In this document: piece after piece, positions 40,341 to 50,259 of the stretch | Layout: each line of letters starts with the position of its first letter | Numbering within the stretch: the first letter of the stretch is position 1 | Assembly: GCA_963666315.2 (NCBI GenBank) | Contig: CAXXHG010000010.1 | Coordinates: 32,001-96,000, forward strand | Length of the DNA stretch: 64,000 nt | Reading direction: 5' to 3' | Source: Candidatus Binatia bacterium | GTDB lineage: Bacteria; Desulfobacterota; Binatia; Bin18 | The notes under the pieces: model-generated | Seen by the model: the letters and a program-made list of their open reading frames with translations, nothing else | What the model was told of the DNA's origin: nothing | Database searches by the model: none | Program-made: the position numbers and the translations under genes

Positions 40341-41543
40341 TCAATTAATGACTCCGGCTACTCTGAGCTGCTGCAGGTCTGCAGCGCTTAGCCCTATTGC
40401 AGTCAGGACTTCGTCCGTATGCTGCCCCAGAGCGGGTGGTGGACTGTGGATTTCAGCCGGTGTATCCGCAAAATGCCACACCGGACCAATCGTACGGAAA
40501 CTGCCTCCGGCGGGCTGTTCGACCTCTTTGACGATGTCGAGTTCATCAATCTGGGGATGGGCGAATAAGGACGGATAGGTGTTAAACGCTACCGCATCAC
40601 CACGGAACTCATGGATCAGCTTGAGCACTTCTTCATTGCTGAGTTTTTGAAACGCCTGCTCCCAAATGGGCTTCACCTCAGGCGCATGGCGGCCTATGCT
40701 AGTTGCCTCACGTCCGAAACCTTCAAATCGCGGGTCGGCAATATACTCCTCCAGCCCGAGGCTCAGCATCAGCCGATCCCAGTCTTCACTACTGCCCCGA
40801 CGCAGGCCGAAATAGACATGGCCGTCTTTGGTTTTATACCCTTCATCCGGCGGCCGCGTGTAATGATCGAGGTGGAAGCCATACCACTCATCCGGATCGG
40901 TCATGGACGTCCACATAATGCCGCGCATGTGCAGCAGGGTGCCGAGCATACTGACCGCAATTCGCTGCCCCTCTCCGGTCCGTACACGGTGCAACAATCC
41001 AGCCGTTACTGCCTGCGAGGCCATAATGCCCGTATTCAGACTCGCAACATCGGCCCCCAACCGGACCGGGGCTGCGCCTATCTTTCCCAGCGAATGGGTG
41101 TAATCGGCCAGCGCCTGGACAACCAGCTCCGCACCGGGCAAGTCTCGCAGTGGTCCCTCTTCCCCGTAGGCACTAATCGCGCAGTAGACGAGTGCGGGAT
41201 TACTTTGAATGACATCACCGTAGCCGAGTCTCAGTTTTTCAGCCTCTCCAGGTCCAAGGTCTTCCAATATCACATCCGCCTGTGAGGCGAGCCGTCGAAT
41301 CAGCTCTTGGCCTTCGGCCTTCGCAAGATCCACCACGACGCTTTTTTTATTCCGATTGAGGCTCAAAAAGACGGCGCTTGCATCCTCAATAAACGGCGGA
41401 CCCATGGTCCGCGAGGCCTCACCAGTCAGCGGTTCGATCTTGATGATCTCCGCCCCGGCGTCGCCTAGCCGCATGGAGGCAAAAGGGCCACACAGTCCTT
41501 GCGTGAGGTCAATGATCCGAAATCCCTCCAGTGCACCCGGCAT
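40341..41543 (-). CDS. Class III (CaiB/BaiF) CoA-transferase subunit, apparently lacking the catalytic Asp
   Basis: GPFASMRLGDAGAEIIKIE, NRNKKS, PPALGQHTDEVL; ADVASLNTG has Ser where the active-site Asp is expected. Confidence 0.88.
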   Translation of the reverse strand: MPGALEGFRIIDLTQGLCGPFASMRLGDAGAEIIKIEPLTGEASRTMGPPFIEDASAVFLSLNRNKKSVVVDLAKAEGQELIRRLASQADVILEDLGPGEAEKLRLGYGDVIQSNPALVYCAISAYGEEGPLRDLPGAELVVQALADYTHSLGKIGAAPVRLGADVASLNTGIMASQAVTAGLLHRVRTGEGQRIAVSMLGTLLHMRGIMWTSMTDPDEWYGFHLDHYTRPPDEGYKTKDGHVYFGLRRGSSEDWDRLMLSLGLEEYIADPRFEGFGREATSIGRHAPEVKPIWEQAFQKLSNEEVLKLIHEFRGDAVAFNTYPSLFAHPQIDELDIVKEVEQPAGGSFRTIGPVWHFADTPAEIHSPPPALGQHTDEVLTAIGLSAADLQQLRVAGVIN

Positions 41544-41551
41544 GCAATCTC

Positions 41552-42715
41552 CTAGTCGCCTGCAATACCGAACTCGCGCAGCACTTCCTGGGTCTGTTCC
41601 CCCTTGAGTCCACCCGGACGAATCGGGCCAGCCGGAGTCTTGCTAAACTTCCACGGCAGTCCGTCTACACTCGGCGTTCCCCAATGCGGGGTAGCAAGGT
41701 CAACAATATGCTGATTGTGCGTCACCTGAGGGTCATTGCGCAGGGCATGAAAATCTACGGTTCGGGACACACGCGTATTCGGCACCCGCTCTTGTGTCAA
41801 GCGCTGACTCCACCACGTGGTCGGTTTGGTCTGGAAGTGGTCCTCCAGCAGCGCAGTCAGTACGGCCCGATGCTCCACCCGTTTCGGATTGTCCTGGAAG
41901 CGCGCATCATCATACACATCTTCTCGCTGTATGGCACGGCAGAAACGCGGCCATTGGTCCGCACGCACCACTCCAACGGCCAGGTATTCCTGGTCTTGGC
42001 ACAGAAAGGCTTGATGCGGTACTGTGGTTGTTACCGCACTCCCCATGGGCTGCGGTTGCTCTCCCGTTGCAAAATACTCGGCCAAACGACTGGTCTGCAG
42101 CGACAGAGCAGTCGAGATCATATCAATCGTAATATGCTGACCCTTGCCCGAACGCTCGCGCGCCAAGAGCGCTTGCAACACGGCCTCAACAATCATGCTG
42201 CTGGTCGTAATATCCAGGTGGGCCAGATGGCGAAACATTTCGCCCTGTGAGCCCGGCGACCCAGTGATGCTGCACCAACCGGAAAACGCCTGAACGGTGG
42301 GATCAATGCCCGCCTCTTTTGCCATCGGTCCAGTACGACCATAGGCAGAAGCAGAGACATACACCATGCGCGCATTGAGCTGCGACACAACATCATAGCC
42401 CAGGCCCAGACGCTCTACCGTGCCGGGCCGCATGTTTTGAATGAACACATCACTCTTTTCGACCAGCTTGAGCGCAATAGTCCGATCCCGCTCGTTTTTA
42501 AGATCCAGGACAATATTACGTTTATTAAAATTGGCTGATATATACAGGACCGCAGTGCCTTTAATCGGCGGCGGGATGGCGTGCGACAGTTCCCCGGCCG
42601 GCGATTCGACCTTGATCACATCCGCCCCAAGCTCACCCAACAGCTTTGCCGCCCACGGCCCGACCGCGGCAATACTCAGATCAAAAACGCGAATACCGTC
42701 GAGGACTCCAGGCAT
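41552..42715 (-). CDS. Class III CoA-transferase
   Basis: [30 protein letters not shown], and HLDITT with the Asp retained. Confidence 0.9.
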   Translation of the reverse strand: MPGVLDGIRVFDLSIAAVGPWAAKLLGELGADVIKVESPAGELSHAIPPPIKGTAVLYISANFNKRNIVLDLKNERDRTIALKLVEKSDVFIQNMRPGTVERLGLGYDVVSQLNARMVYVSASAYGRTGPMAKEAGIDPTVQAFSGWCSITGSPGSQGEMFRHLAHLDITTSSMIVEAVLQALLARERSGKGQHITIDMISTALSLQTSRLAEYFATGEQPQPMGSAVTTTVPHQAFLCQDQEYLAVGVVRADQWPRFCRAIQREDVYDDARFQDNPKRVEHRAVLTALLEDHFQTKPTTWWSQRLTQERVPNTRVSRTVDFHALRNDPQVTHNQHIVDLATPHWGTPSVDGLPWKFSKTPAGPIRPGGLKGEQTQEVLREFGIAGD

Positions 42716-42781
42716 ATTTCCTCCACTGCAAATTAGCTTAAGTCAGACACAGCCGGAGCATCGCGGACTATCAAACGGGCA

Positions 42782-43198
42782 CTACCCTTGCCGTACCGGT
42801 TTAAACTTCGCCAGCGTTACCTCAGCGGTCACATCCTCATACACGACTTCCACCGCCATGCCAATTCGGATCTCTTCGTTGCTCACCTCGACAAGATTAG
42901 TCAGCAACCGAGGTCCCTCTTCAAGTGCCACCTCAGCCACATTATACGGAACGTCGTCTTTCAGTGCAGAGAAATAGGCTTGATGAAAGACCACCCAGGA
43001 GTTCACCTTTCCGCGCCCGCTCAACTGCTGCCAGCTGAAGTCGGGCGACCAGCACGTGGGACAAAACCGTGTGGGCGGATACCAGACCTTGTTACACGGC
43101 TTGCATTTTGGCAGCACCATTTCTCGTTGTTTCAAACCATCCCAATAGGGCTGGTTCAGCGTCGAAATTGCCGGCAGCGGTTTGGTATATTCGGCCAT
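42782..43198 (-). CDS. DUF35 Zn-ribbon/OB-fold acyl-CoA-binding protein
   Basis: CKPC...YPP...CPTC, GRGKVNSW, LEEGPRLLTN, IGMAVEV. Confidence 0.92.
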   Translation of the reverse strand: MAEYTKPLPAISTLNQPYWDGLKQREMVLPKCKPCNKVWYPPTRFCPTCWSPDFSWQQLSGRGKVNSWVVFHQAYFSALKDDVPYNVAEVALEEGPRLLTNLVEVSNEEIRIGMAVEVVYEDVTAEVTLAKFKPVRQG

Positions 43199-43201
43199 GC
43201 C

Positions 43202-44380
43202 CTACCCCTTTCGATACATGAGAGAATCCCCATACGCGTTCGCCCACTGTATGAGTTGGGCATGTGGAATTTGCCGTTCACCACACTCGCCACGCAATTG
43301 GCGTACGATCTCGACTTGGTGATTCCAGCCCATAATATGCCCCTCCGACATCAGCCCACCGTTAGTATTCATAGGCAGCTCACCGCCCAGCTCGATGCGC
43401 CCGTCTTGGGTAAAGGCAGCTGCTTCGCCCTGTTTGCAAAATCCAAATCGTTCCAACGCGGTCCAAGCCAGAATGGCAAAGGCGTCATACGTAAACAGGG
43501 CATCTACATCTTTTGCCTGGACGCCAGCCATTTCATATACCGGCTGCGGACCGGGTTCGTAGTCAAAGACTTCTTGCTGTGAAGTGCCAAAGCCTGGGTA
43601 GGTCCAAATAAATTCTTCTCTGCCCGCCGGCAGAGCCTGCATCCCGCTTATGCACACGGGTCGTTTGGCCATATCCCGCGCCCGTTCTTGCGTGGTGACA
43701 AGAACGCAGGCGGCGCCATCATTAATGAGACAATAATCCAAAAGATGTAGCGGCTCGCACACAAAACGTGAGTTTTGATGATCCTCTACCGTAATCGGCG
43801 TCTGCATAATGGCATTCGGATTCAGGGCCGCATGTTTGCGGAACGCCACGGCTACAGCGGCCAACTGCTCGCTCGTCGCGCCAAAGCGACCAAAATATTT
43901 CCGCGCCACGAGCGCTGCCCCGGCTCCAGGCGAGGTCATGCCGAACACCGGATCTTCGCCGTGCCCGCCGCCCGCCTCACGTCCGCCTTCAGCATCCCTT
44001 GCCCCGCCCATCATGGGTTTGCGAAAACCCGAAAAACTAATCGACGCCATGCAGGCCACGACATTGGCTAGACCTGCACTGACCAGCATGACCGCCCACT
44101 GAATACTGCTCGCCGTAAAGCGTCCGTGCGCCCAGGTTTGATTATAGGCACGGAGTTTGAGCCCCAACGCATACGCCAGCGTATCGGCGTCCGCCCCAAT
44201 AGGCGTACCGAAACTGACGATGAGGCCATCCAGATCGTCACGTCCTAGCCCCGCGTCATCGAGTGCGTTGCGAATCGCTTCCCCGCCAAGATCAATCTGG
44301 CTCCGATTCATCTTACGGCCGTATGCAGAATGACCCACACCACACACCGCCGCACTATCTTTGAGATCCCAAGTGGGCAT
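43202..44380 (-). CDS. Thiolase-superfamily protein (SCP-x/Ltp2-like)
   Basis: HAALNPNA, PLHLLDYCLINDGA, YDAF, NTNGGLMSEGH, RQLRGE; no N-terminal nucleophilic Cys seen. Confidence 0.85.
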   Translation of the reverse strand: MPTWDLKDSAAVCGVGHSAYGRKMNRSQIDLGGEAIRNALDDAGLGRDDLDGLIVSFGTPIGADADTLAYALGLKLRAYNQTWAHGRFTASSIQWAVMLVSAGLANVVACMASISFSGFRKPMMGGARDAEGGREAGGGHGEDPVFGMTSPGAGAALVARKYFGRFGATSEQLAAVAVAFRKHAALNPNAIMQTPITVEDHQNSRFVCEPLHLLDYCLINDGAACVLVTTQERARDMAKRPVCISGMQALPAGREEFIWTYPGFGTSQQEVFDYEPGPQPVYEMAGVQAKDVDALFTYDAFAILAWTALERFGFCKQGEAAAFTQDGRIELGGELPMNTNGGLMSEGHIMGWNHQVEIVRQLRGECGERQIPHAQLIQWANAYGDSLMYRKG

Positions 44381-44577
44381 ATCCCACCCTCCTTAGGCAG
44401 AGATCATAAGTTGAGACAGCGCTATGGTCAAGGAAATACGCATTTTGCCCGCTCAGCGCTGCCACTTTGTGCCGGCAAGACACAAATTTGACAAACCCCC
44501 GCTTGCCTCATAGTAGTGGCCGGTCAGCAAGAAGCCCGTATGGAAAAGCAGAACCTTCTAGCGACAGTCAGCATAAA

Positions 44578-45355
44578 ATGACACCAACCGACCTTATTTT
44601 TATTCTCCTCAGTGGCCTGGCCGCAGGCTTTCTGAATGCGGTTTCCGGCGGCGGCGCCATGCTGACCGTTCCCGCTCTGATTCTGATCGGCCTGCCGCCA
44701 GGCGTTGCAAATGGCACTAACCGCTTGGCCGTCGTTATTCAGAGTCTGACCGCTTTGGCTGCCTACAAAAAATTGGACGTGACAGACAATCCTCTCGCCC
44801 TTTCCCTCCTCCTACCGGCCATGCTGGGCTCGATCTGTGGCGCCCTGGTCTCGGTTCGTCTCGACGATGCCGTCTTTCAGACCTTACTGGCCGTCATGAT
44901 GCTGGTGATGCTCATTCCCTTACTCTTTGAATCCACACTGCAGACGAGCTTACTCTCACAGCACAGCCCGGCTCGCCGTCGCCGGATTCTCCAAGGCGTT
45001 TTCTTCGGCATCGGCTTGTATGGCGGAATTACTCCAAATCGCGTCCGGTATTTTTGTCCTGGTCGCCCTCGGTTCCTTGGCTGGTCTCAATCTCGTGCTC
45101 GCAAACGGGGTTAAGGTGGTGATCGTCATGGGACTGACCGGCATTGCCTTAGTCGTCTTTATCTTTGACGGCAAGGTAGACTGGGGCGTGGGGCTGCTCC
45201 TTTCCGTGGCAACCAGCATAGGTTCCTGGTTCGGCGCACATTGGGGCGTACGTAAAGGTGAAGCCTGGATACGGCTCGTTGTGACCGGGACGGTAATCGC
45301 TATGGCCTTGCAGTTGTTGGGGGTGTGGGAGTTTGTGAAGGGGCTAATTGGGTAG
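44578..45355 (+). pseudogene. Sulfite exporter TauE/SafE family, single frameshift near 45030
   Basis: AGFLNAVSGGG, ANGTNR, GLYGG, then the other frame continues LQIASGIF...ANGVK...GSWFGA. Confidence 0.78.
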
Positions 45356-45470
45356 CGGGCTTTTTCAGATATAATCCTCACCCACAGTCGCTACGCTCCT
45401 GTTTCCCTGTCTCAAAGGATTTGACCTAATCGGCTGTGTTCCACCACCCGACAAACCCACCCACCTCCAC

Positions 45471-48400
45471 TTACGGTCGAAACTGCAACGCCCGAGGCAC
45501 CAGCCGCGACGGCTGAGACACGACCTTATAAGCAGTTTCCACCCACTCACAAATATACCGTCGCGTATCCCTGGGATCGATCATCTCTTCGATCTGGAAT
45601 TTGTTTAACGGACCGAGCGGCCCGCGTGCGCTCTCGATACGCGCATTGAGTTCTGCGCGCAAGGCGGCCGGATCTGGGGCTTCTGCCAACTGACGTTTAT
45701 AGGCGGCTTCGATGCCGCCTTCGGGTGGGATCCCGCCCACATCCGCGGCAGGCCACGTGACGCGTACGGAGGCCTTTGATCGCGGCGTGGCATAGTTGTT
45801 CCCGGCAACGCCAAAACTGCGCCGCATGAGGACGGTGAAGATGGGCACACCGACCTGAGCGAAGGCGACCATCCACTCCGCACCTTTGCGAATTGTACTG
45901 GCGATTTCGTGCTCCAAGCCGACCGCAGTGAGTGCGCCTCCATTGACATGTTTGCTATCAGAAGCAATCACGCCCAAGGGGTGGCCATTGAATCTCACGA
46001 ATCCGGTGACCTGGTCGGTACCCCACAATGGTCCGATCTCAAAAAAAGAGTCCTTGTCTGCCATCAACCTGATGGCCTGTCGAATATCAAATGTCGTGGT
46101 GCGTTTTCTGGCTATGAGGCCGGCGAGCTGCTCTTCACGCCGGGCTATCGGATCACTTGCCGCAAGCACGGGCGGTACTGCATACACACTGGCGGGCAGA
46201 TAGGACAGAAATTGCCTGGTCATTGCCATCGCTTCTTGTTCGGATTCCGCCAAGTTATCGACCGAGCCATTCGTACAGTGGATGCGCCAGCCGCCGAGTT
46301 CCTCCTTAGTAATGTCATAGCCCATGGCATGCGAGACGAGGGGCGGTCCGGCCACAAAGAGCTGCGCGATATCGCGCACCATAATCGAGAAATGACCCAA
46401 TACGGCCTTGGCCGCGCCTATGCCGACAACACTGCCCAGCAGCAGGTTGACCACGGGTATGGTTGATAGCTGTTCGGTGTACATAGACCTGCCCAGGTGT
46501 CCGGGTAGATACGATCCGCCGCCACCGCTTACCCTAGGCCGTCCAGCTTTGATAGCACCCGAGCTTTCTTTGGCGCTACTCTCGCCCTCTTTTTTCTGTG
46601 CCGGAACCATAGTAGCCACACTGCCACCACCGGACGATCCATCCAGCAACCGTAGCGAGGGCATGCACATTTCCGTGGCGAGCCGATCCAGATAGCCACT
46701 CTTGGCGGCAATCGCACCATCCGCATGACCGCCTCGGGAAGTGAAGTCATCCGCACACACGATGACGCTCCGCCGGTCTATTTTCCCCCATCCACCCACA
46801 CTGTTAGCGGGCGTGAAGCCCGTAATTGCGCCGTCTTCATCGTAGGACGCGAAACCCGCGACACTGCCGACTTCGCGAAAGGATCCTTCGTCCAGCAATA
46901 ACGCAATGCGCTCCCGGCACGTCAGCTTGCCACGCGATCTTTGGCGCACCACGCCGGGATCATCGGAGCCGGGCTCCAAGCGCTGCTTCGCAAAGTTTTG
47001 CAATACACGGACTTCTTCCAGCAGAGATTCCCAGGGCTGTTGGCTGTTTGTGTTTGACGACTGTTGAATGTCGCTCTGCGCAGGCGACACGACTGCCACC
47101 ACTTGTCCTGCAGCAACACTATCCCCGGCCTGCAGCGGCTGCAGTGCCGTTACGATGCCCGCACAGCTTGCCGTCAGCATGGTTTCCATCTTCATTGCGC
47201 TCACAACCAGCAGAATGTCACCTGGTGACACCCGGTCACCCTCATGGACACGTATCTCTACGACACAGCTCTCCACCGGACATGCCACAGCCGCCTGGCC
47301 CGGTGCCACCTCTAACGCTGGCATGTCTGTCGTGGCAGACGGCGAAGACCGCATTGATACTGGAGCCGCGCCGCCCATCTTTCCCATTCTGCCCAGCTGA
47401 GCGGCCTGTTGCTGCAACAAGGCGAGAGCGCTGCCTTCAGCAGCGGAGAAAGAAGCGGTATTGATCTCTGGAGCCTCGGCGAACAAGGACGTTCTGGCAT
47501 CACCGGCCTGAACAGACGGGTGGGATAATATCGCGTGCAGTTGGGGCAGGTTGGTTTGCAGACCACCAATGTGGAACTCAACGAGCGCATGCAGCGTGCG
47601 TTCAAGCGCTGCAGAGTACGTACGGGCCGTACAAATGAGTTTCGCCAGCAATGGATCGAACTGCGGCGGTGGGGCATAACCCAGATACCCACACGCGTCC
47701 ACCCGAATGCCCACTCCTGAGGGCTCCTTATACGCCGTAAGACTCCCAGTACTTATGGCGACGACACGTTCCTGCACGGCAAACCCACGCGGCGCGCCCA
47801 CCGCGTGCTGGTCACCGAGACCCAGAGAGGCCAGCGTCGCACCTGCGGCGATATGGAACTGCGCCTCGACCAGATCAATACCAGTGACCTGCTCAGTGAC
47901 CGTATGCTCAACCTGAATCCGCGGATTGCATTCAATAAAAAAATACTCACTAGTCTCAGGCGAGACTAGAAACTCGACTGTACCTGCGTTCACATACGAA
48001 GCAGCCTGCACTAGCGTGATAGCAGCGTTGAGCATCTTCTGCCGCAAATCGGCTTCCAAACCCGGAGCGGGGGCCACCTCAACCACCTTCTGGTGTCGCA
48101 ATTGCACCGAGCAGTCCCGTTCGTGCAGATGGATCACCTCGCCAGAGGAGTCAGCCAGAATTTGTACTTCGATATGTCTCGGTCGCGCGAGCAGCCTTTC
48201 GATAAAAACGGATCCATCACCGAATGCGGCCTGAGCCTCGCTGCGACAACGCTCAAAGGCCTCGGCCATCTGCTCAGCTCGTTCGACGACGCGCATGCCA
48301 CGCCCTCCGCCTCCCGCCGTTGCCTTGAGCATCACTGGATAGCCAAGATTGTTTGCCAGCTTCTCTGCTTCCAGCGCTGATCCCAAGGGATCAGCGCTCC

Positions 48401-48836
48401 CGGGTACGACGGGAATATCCAACGACTCCGCAAGAGCCCGAGCTCTGACTTTATTTCCGAATAATGACAGCGCCTCGGGCGGCGGACCAATGAACGTCAC
48501 CCCCTCGGCGGCACACAACTCAGCAAACGGGGCGTTCTCGGACAAGAAACCATAACCAGGATGCAGACAGTCACAGCCGCGTACTTTGGCGATCTGAATG
48601 AGCGCTTCCGCGTTCAAATACGCACCAACGGCGTCTTGGGCTGTACCGATCTCATGGCTTTCCGTCATAGAGCGCGTATGCAAGGAGAGCGCGTCGATAG
48701 CAGGATACACCCCTACGGATTCCATGCCCAAGGCGGTTGCAGATTTGGCAATCCGAATGGCGATCTCGCCACGGTTACTTATGAGTACGCGTTTATGGAC
48801 TGTGACGTCTTCCTCTCTCACTTGTTCGTGAGCCAT
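45471..48836 (-). CDS. Single-chain biotin-dependent acyl-CoA carboxylase (BC-BCCP-CT), with an apparent in-frame deletion in the CT domain
   Basis: NRGEIA, HPGYGFLSEN, GGGGRGMR, ERDCSVQ, ECNPRIQVEH, biotin motif AMKME, GKLTCRERI, IDPRDTR. Confidence 0.88.
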   Translation of the reverse strand: MAHEQVREEDVTVHKRVLISNRGEIAIRIAKSATALGMESVGVYPAIDALSLHTRSMTESHEIGTAQDAVGAYLNAEALIQIAKVRGCDCLHPGYGFLSENAPFAELCAAEGVTFIGPPPEALSLFGNKVRARALAESLDIPVVPGSADPLGSALEAEKLANNLGYPVMLKATAGGGGRGMRVVERAEQMAEAFERCRSEAQAAFGDGSVFIERLLARPRHIEVQILADSSGEVIHLHERDCSVQLRHQKVVEVAPAPGLEADLRQKMLNAAITLVQAASYVNAGTVEFLVSPETSEYFFIECNPRIQVEHTVTEQVTGIDLVEAQFHIAAGATLASLGLGDQHAVGAPRGFAVQERVVAISTGSLTAYKEPSGVGIRVDACGYLGYAPPPQFDPLLAKLICTARTYSAALERTLHALVEFHIGGLQTNLPQLHAILSHPSVQAGDARTSLFAEAPEINTASFSAAEGSALALLQQQAAQLGRMGKMGGAAPVSMRSSPSATTDMPALEVAPGQAAVACPVESCVVEIRVHEGDRVSPGDILLVVSAMKMETMLTASCAGIVTALQPLQAGDSVAAGQVVAVVSPAQSDIQQSSNTNSQQPWESLLEEVRVLQNFAKQRLEPGSDDPGVVRQRSRGKLTCRERIALLLDEGSFREVGSVAGFASYDEDGAITGFTPANSVGGWGKIDRRSVIVCADDFTSRGGHADGAIAAKSGYLDRLATEMCMPSLRLLDGSSGGGSVATMVPAQKKEGESSAKESSGAIKAGRPRVSGGGGSYLPGHLGRSMYTEQLSTIPVVNLLLGSVVGIGAAKAVLGHFSIMVRDIAQLFVAGPPLVSHAMGYDITKEELGGWRIHCTNGSVDNLAESEQEAMAMTRQFLSYLPASVYAVPPVLAASDPIARREEQLAGLIARKRTTTFDIRQAIRLMADKDSFFEIGPLWGTDQVTGFVRFNGHPLGVIASDSKHVNGGALTAVGLEHEIASTIRKGAEWMVAFAQVGVPIFTVLMRRSFGVAGNNYATPRSKASVRVTWPAADVGGIPPEGGIEAAYKRQLAEAPDPAALRAELNARIESARGPLGPLNKFQIEEMIDPRDTRRYICEWVETAYKVVSQPSRLVPRALQFRP

Positions 48837-49271
48837 TCTCACAGGTATGGCACGGCAGTTCTGCCTGGAATTCTCCACTAGCCTGCTGTGTATACTGAAA
48901 TTAGCAACTTTATAAGAGTTTTATAACTTCACTAACTTCGCTAACTTCGGTGCTAACGGAGTTCGTGAGCGGACGGATTGTCTCTCCTTGGCCTCACAAT
49001 GCTTCTCACACAAGTGAGACATTAGTTGACGGATCTCCGGTCAGACCAGATTCGCTCACATTCCTGTGCCTGTCGAACCTTGAAGAGAAAGTTTTTCTCA
49101 TCAATAGGGTCATAGTCGATAACGTGCAAGGCAACGATTTTGGGAGAGCAGGTAAGGGGTCAGGTCTTGCAAGCAAGCACAAGGTTTGTAAAGGAGATGG
49201 GGGCAGACTGGTCGTTGCCAACCTAGCGTAGACCTGTTGGCACCCTTCGTCGAATTCGCTACCTTTCGCAA

Positions 49272-49556
49272 GTGAGCTACCAATTTGAGTCGGATCCCAC
49301 AAAGGCGACGACGAATCTGAGAGACCATAAAGTTGCTTTTTAAGAAGCATCGACGGTGTTCGGGGATCCATTGGCCCTGTTAATGGCAGACCCTGACCAT
49401 TCAGCAGAAGAGGAGCGGTATCTGGTGATCTGAATGTCCTCAAGGGGGAGATTGCTTGTTGTGAGCCATGCTGAGCGTCCCCCGCGAACGCGCTTGATTA
49501 GTGCGCGGAAAGCAACTCGACCCGAACGGAGACAATATGAAGAAGGTGAAGCCTAG
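49272..49556 (+). pseudogene. BrnT toxin pseudogene (stops at 49341 and 49431)
   Basis: MSYQFESDPTKATTNLRDHKVAF*EASTVFGDP...DPDHSAEEERYLVI*MS..RLLVVSH..R..RLISARKAT..ERRQYEEG. Confidence 0.85.
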
Positions 49557-49791
49557 ACGAACAAGCGAAACGATACAGGACCAAGACACCATGCGTCCAG
49601 AATATGACTTCTCTGGGGCAGCGCGTGGCGTGACGGCAGCTCGTTATACCAAGGAACAAACATCGTGGTCCTGGATCCAGAGGTTCTTGATGTTTTCCCC
49701 GATTGGTGTGGCAGTCAGTGAAGCTCTGCGAGCTTTGGCCCCCATACTGAGACGCCGACAGTCCTCTCGCAAACGCAAGAAGGTGGCTTAA
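49537..49791 (+). pseudogene. BrnA-like antitoxin with two compensating frameshifts
   Basis: MRPEYDFSG...RY, then the alternative frame gives GTNIVVLDPEVLDVFPD before returning to AVSEALRAL; overlaps brnT. Confidence 0.7.
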
Positions 49792-49815
49792 CAGTTCACT
49801 CCACCCGATCGCGTC

Positions 49816-49922
49816 CCGCTCAAAATGATTGAGGAGTGGGGGCCTGCCCTGGGCAAGCCCTATACCGCACCAATGGGAGAGGGGCTCTTGCAAAGAAGCG
49901 CATGAAGGAGATCAAAAGATGA
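49816..49922 (+). pseudogene. RelE/HigB (Gp49/DUF891-like) toxin remnant with internal deletion
   Basis: MIEEWGPALGKPYTAPMGEGL joined to AKKRMKEIKR*, with an ATGA overlap into the HTH gene. Confidence 0.65.
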
Positions 49923-50221
49923 CACGACCAACACTGGCCGGCTTTAAGAAAAAGGCTCTGAAAAACCCAGAAGTCAGAGAAGAATATGAGTCACTCACCC
50001 CTGCCTATGACCTCCGGAGAAAGCTCATCGCCCTCCGTAAAGAAGCAGGCCTCACCCAAGAAGAGCTGGCGAAGCGACTTCATACGAAAAATAGTAATAT
50101 TTCTCGCCTAGAAAACGTGAATTCCTCGATCTCACCGACGCTAACAACAATTGAGGCGTATGCCGAAGCGGTAGGCTATCGAGTAGAGATAAATTTTCGG
50201 CCCGCCTCCCCTTCAACCTGA
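49919..50221 (+). CDS. XRE-family HTH antitoxin (HigA-like)
   Basis: KALKNPEVREEYESL...LIALRKEAGLTQEELAKRLHTKNSNISRLE...PTLTTIEAYAEAVG. Confidence 0.9.
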   Translation: MTRPTLAGFKKKALKNPEVREEYESLTPAYDLRRKLIALRKEAGLTQEELAKRLHTKNSNISRLENVNSSISPTLTTIEAYAEAVGYRVEINFRPASPST

Positions 50222-50259
50222 CCTCCGCAGAAAGGTGATTCCACTCGACAATGGCTGCG

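Noticed and set aside
49006-49443. 145-aa minus-strand ORF as a real gene
   Set aside because: It overlaps the BrnT pseudogene antisense and has no SD or recognisable domain.
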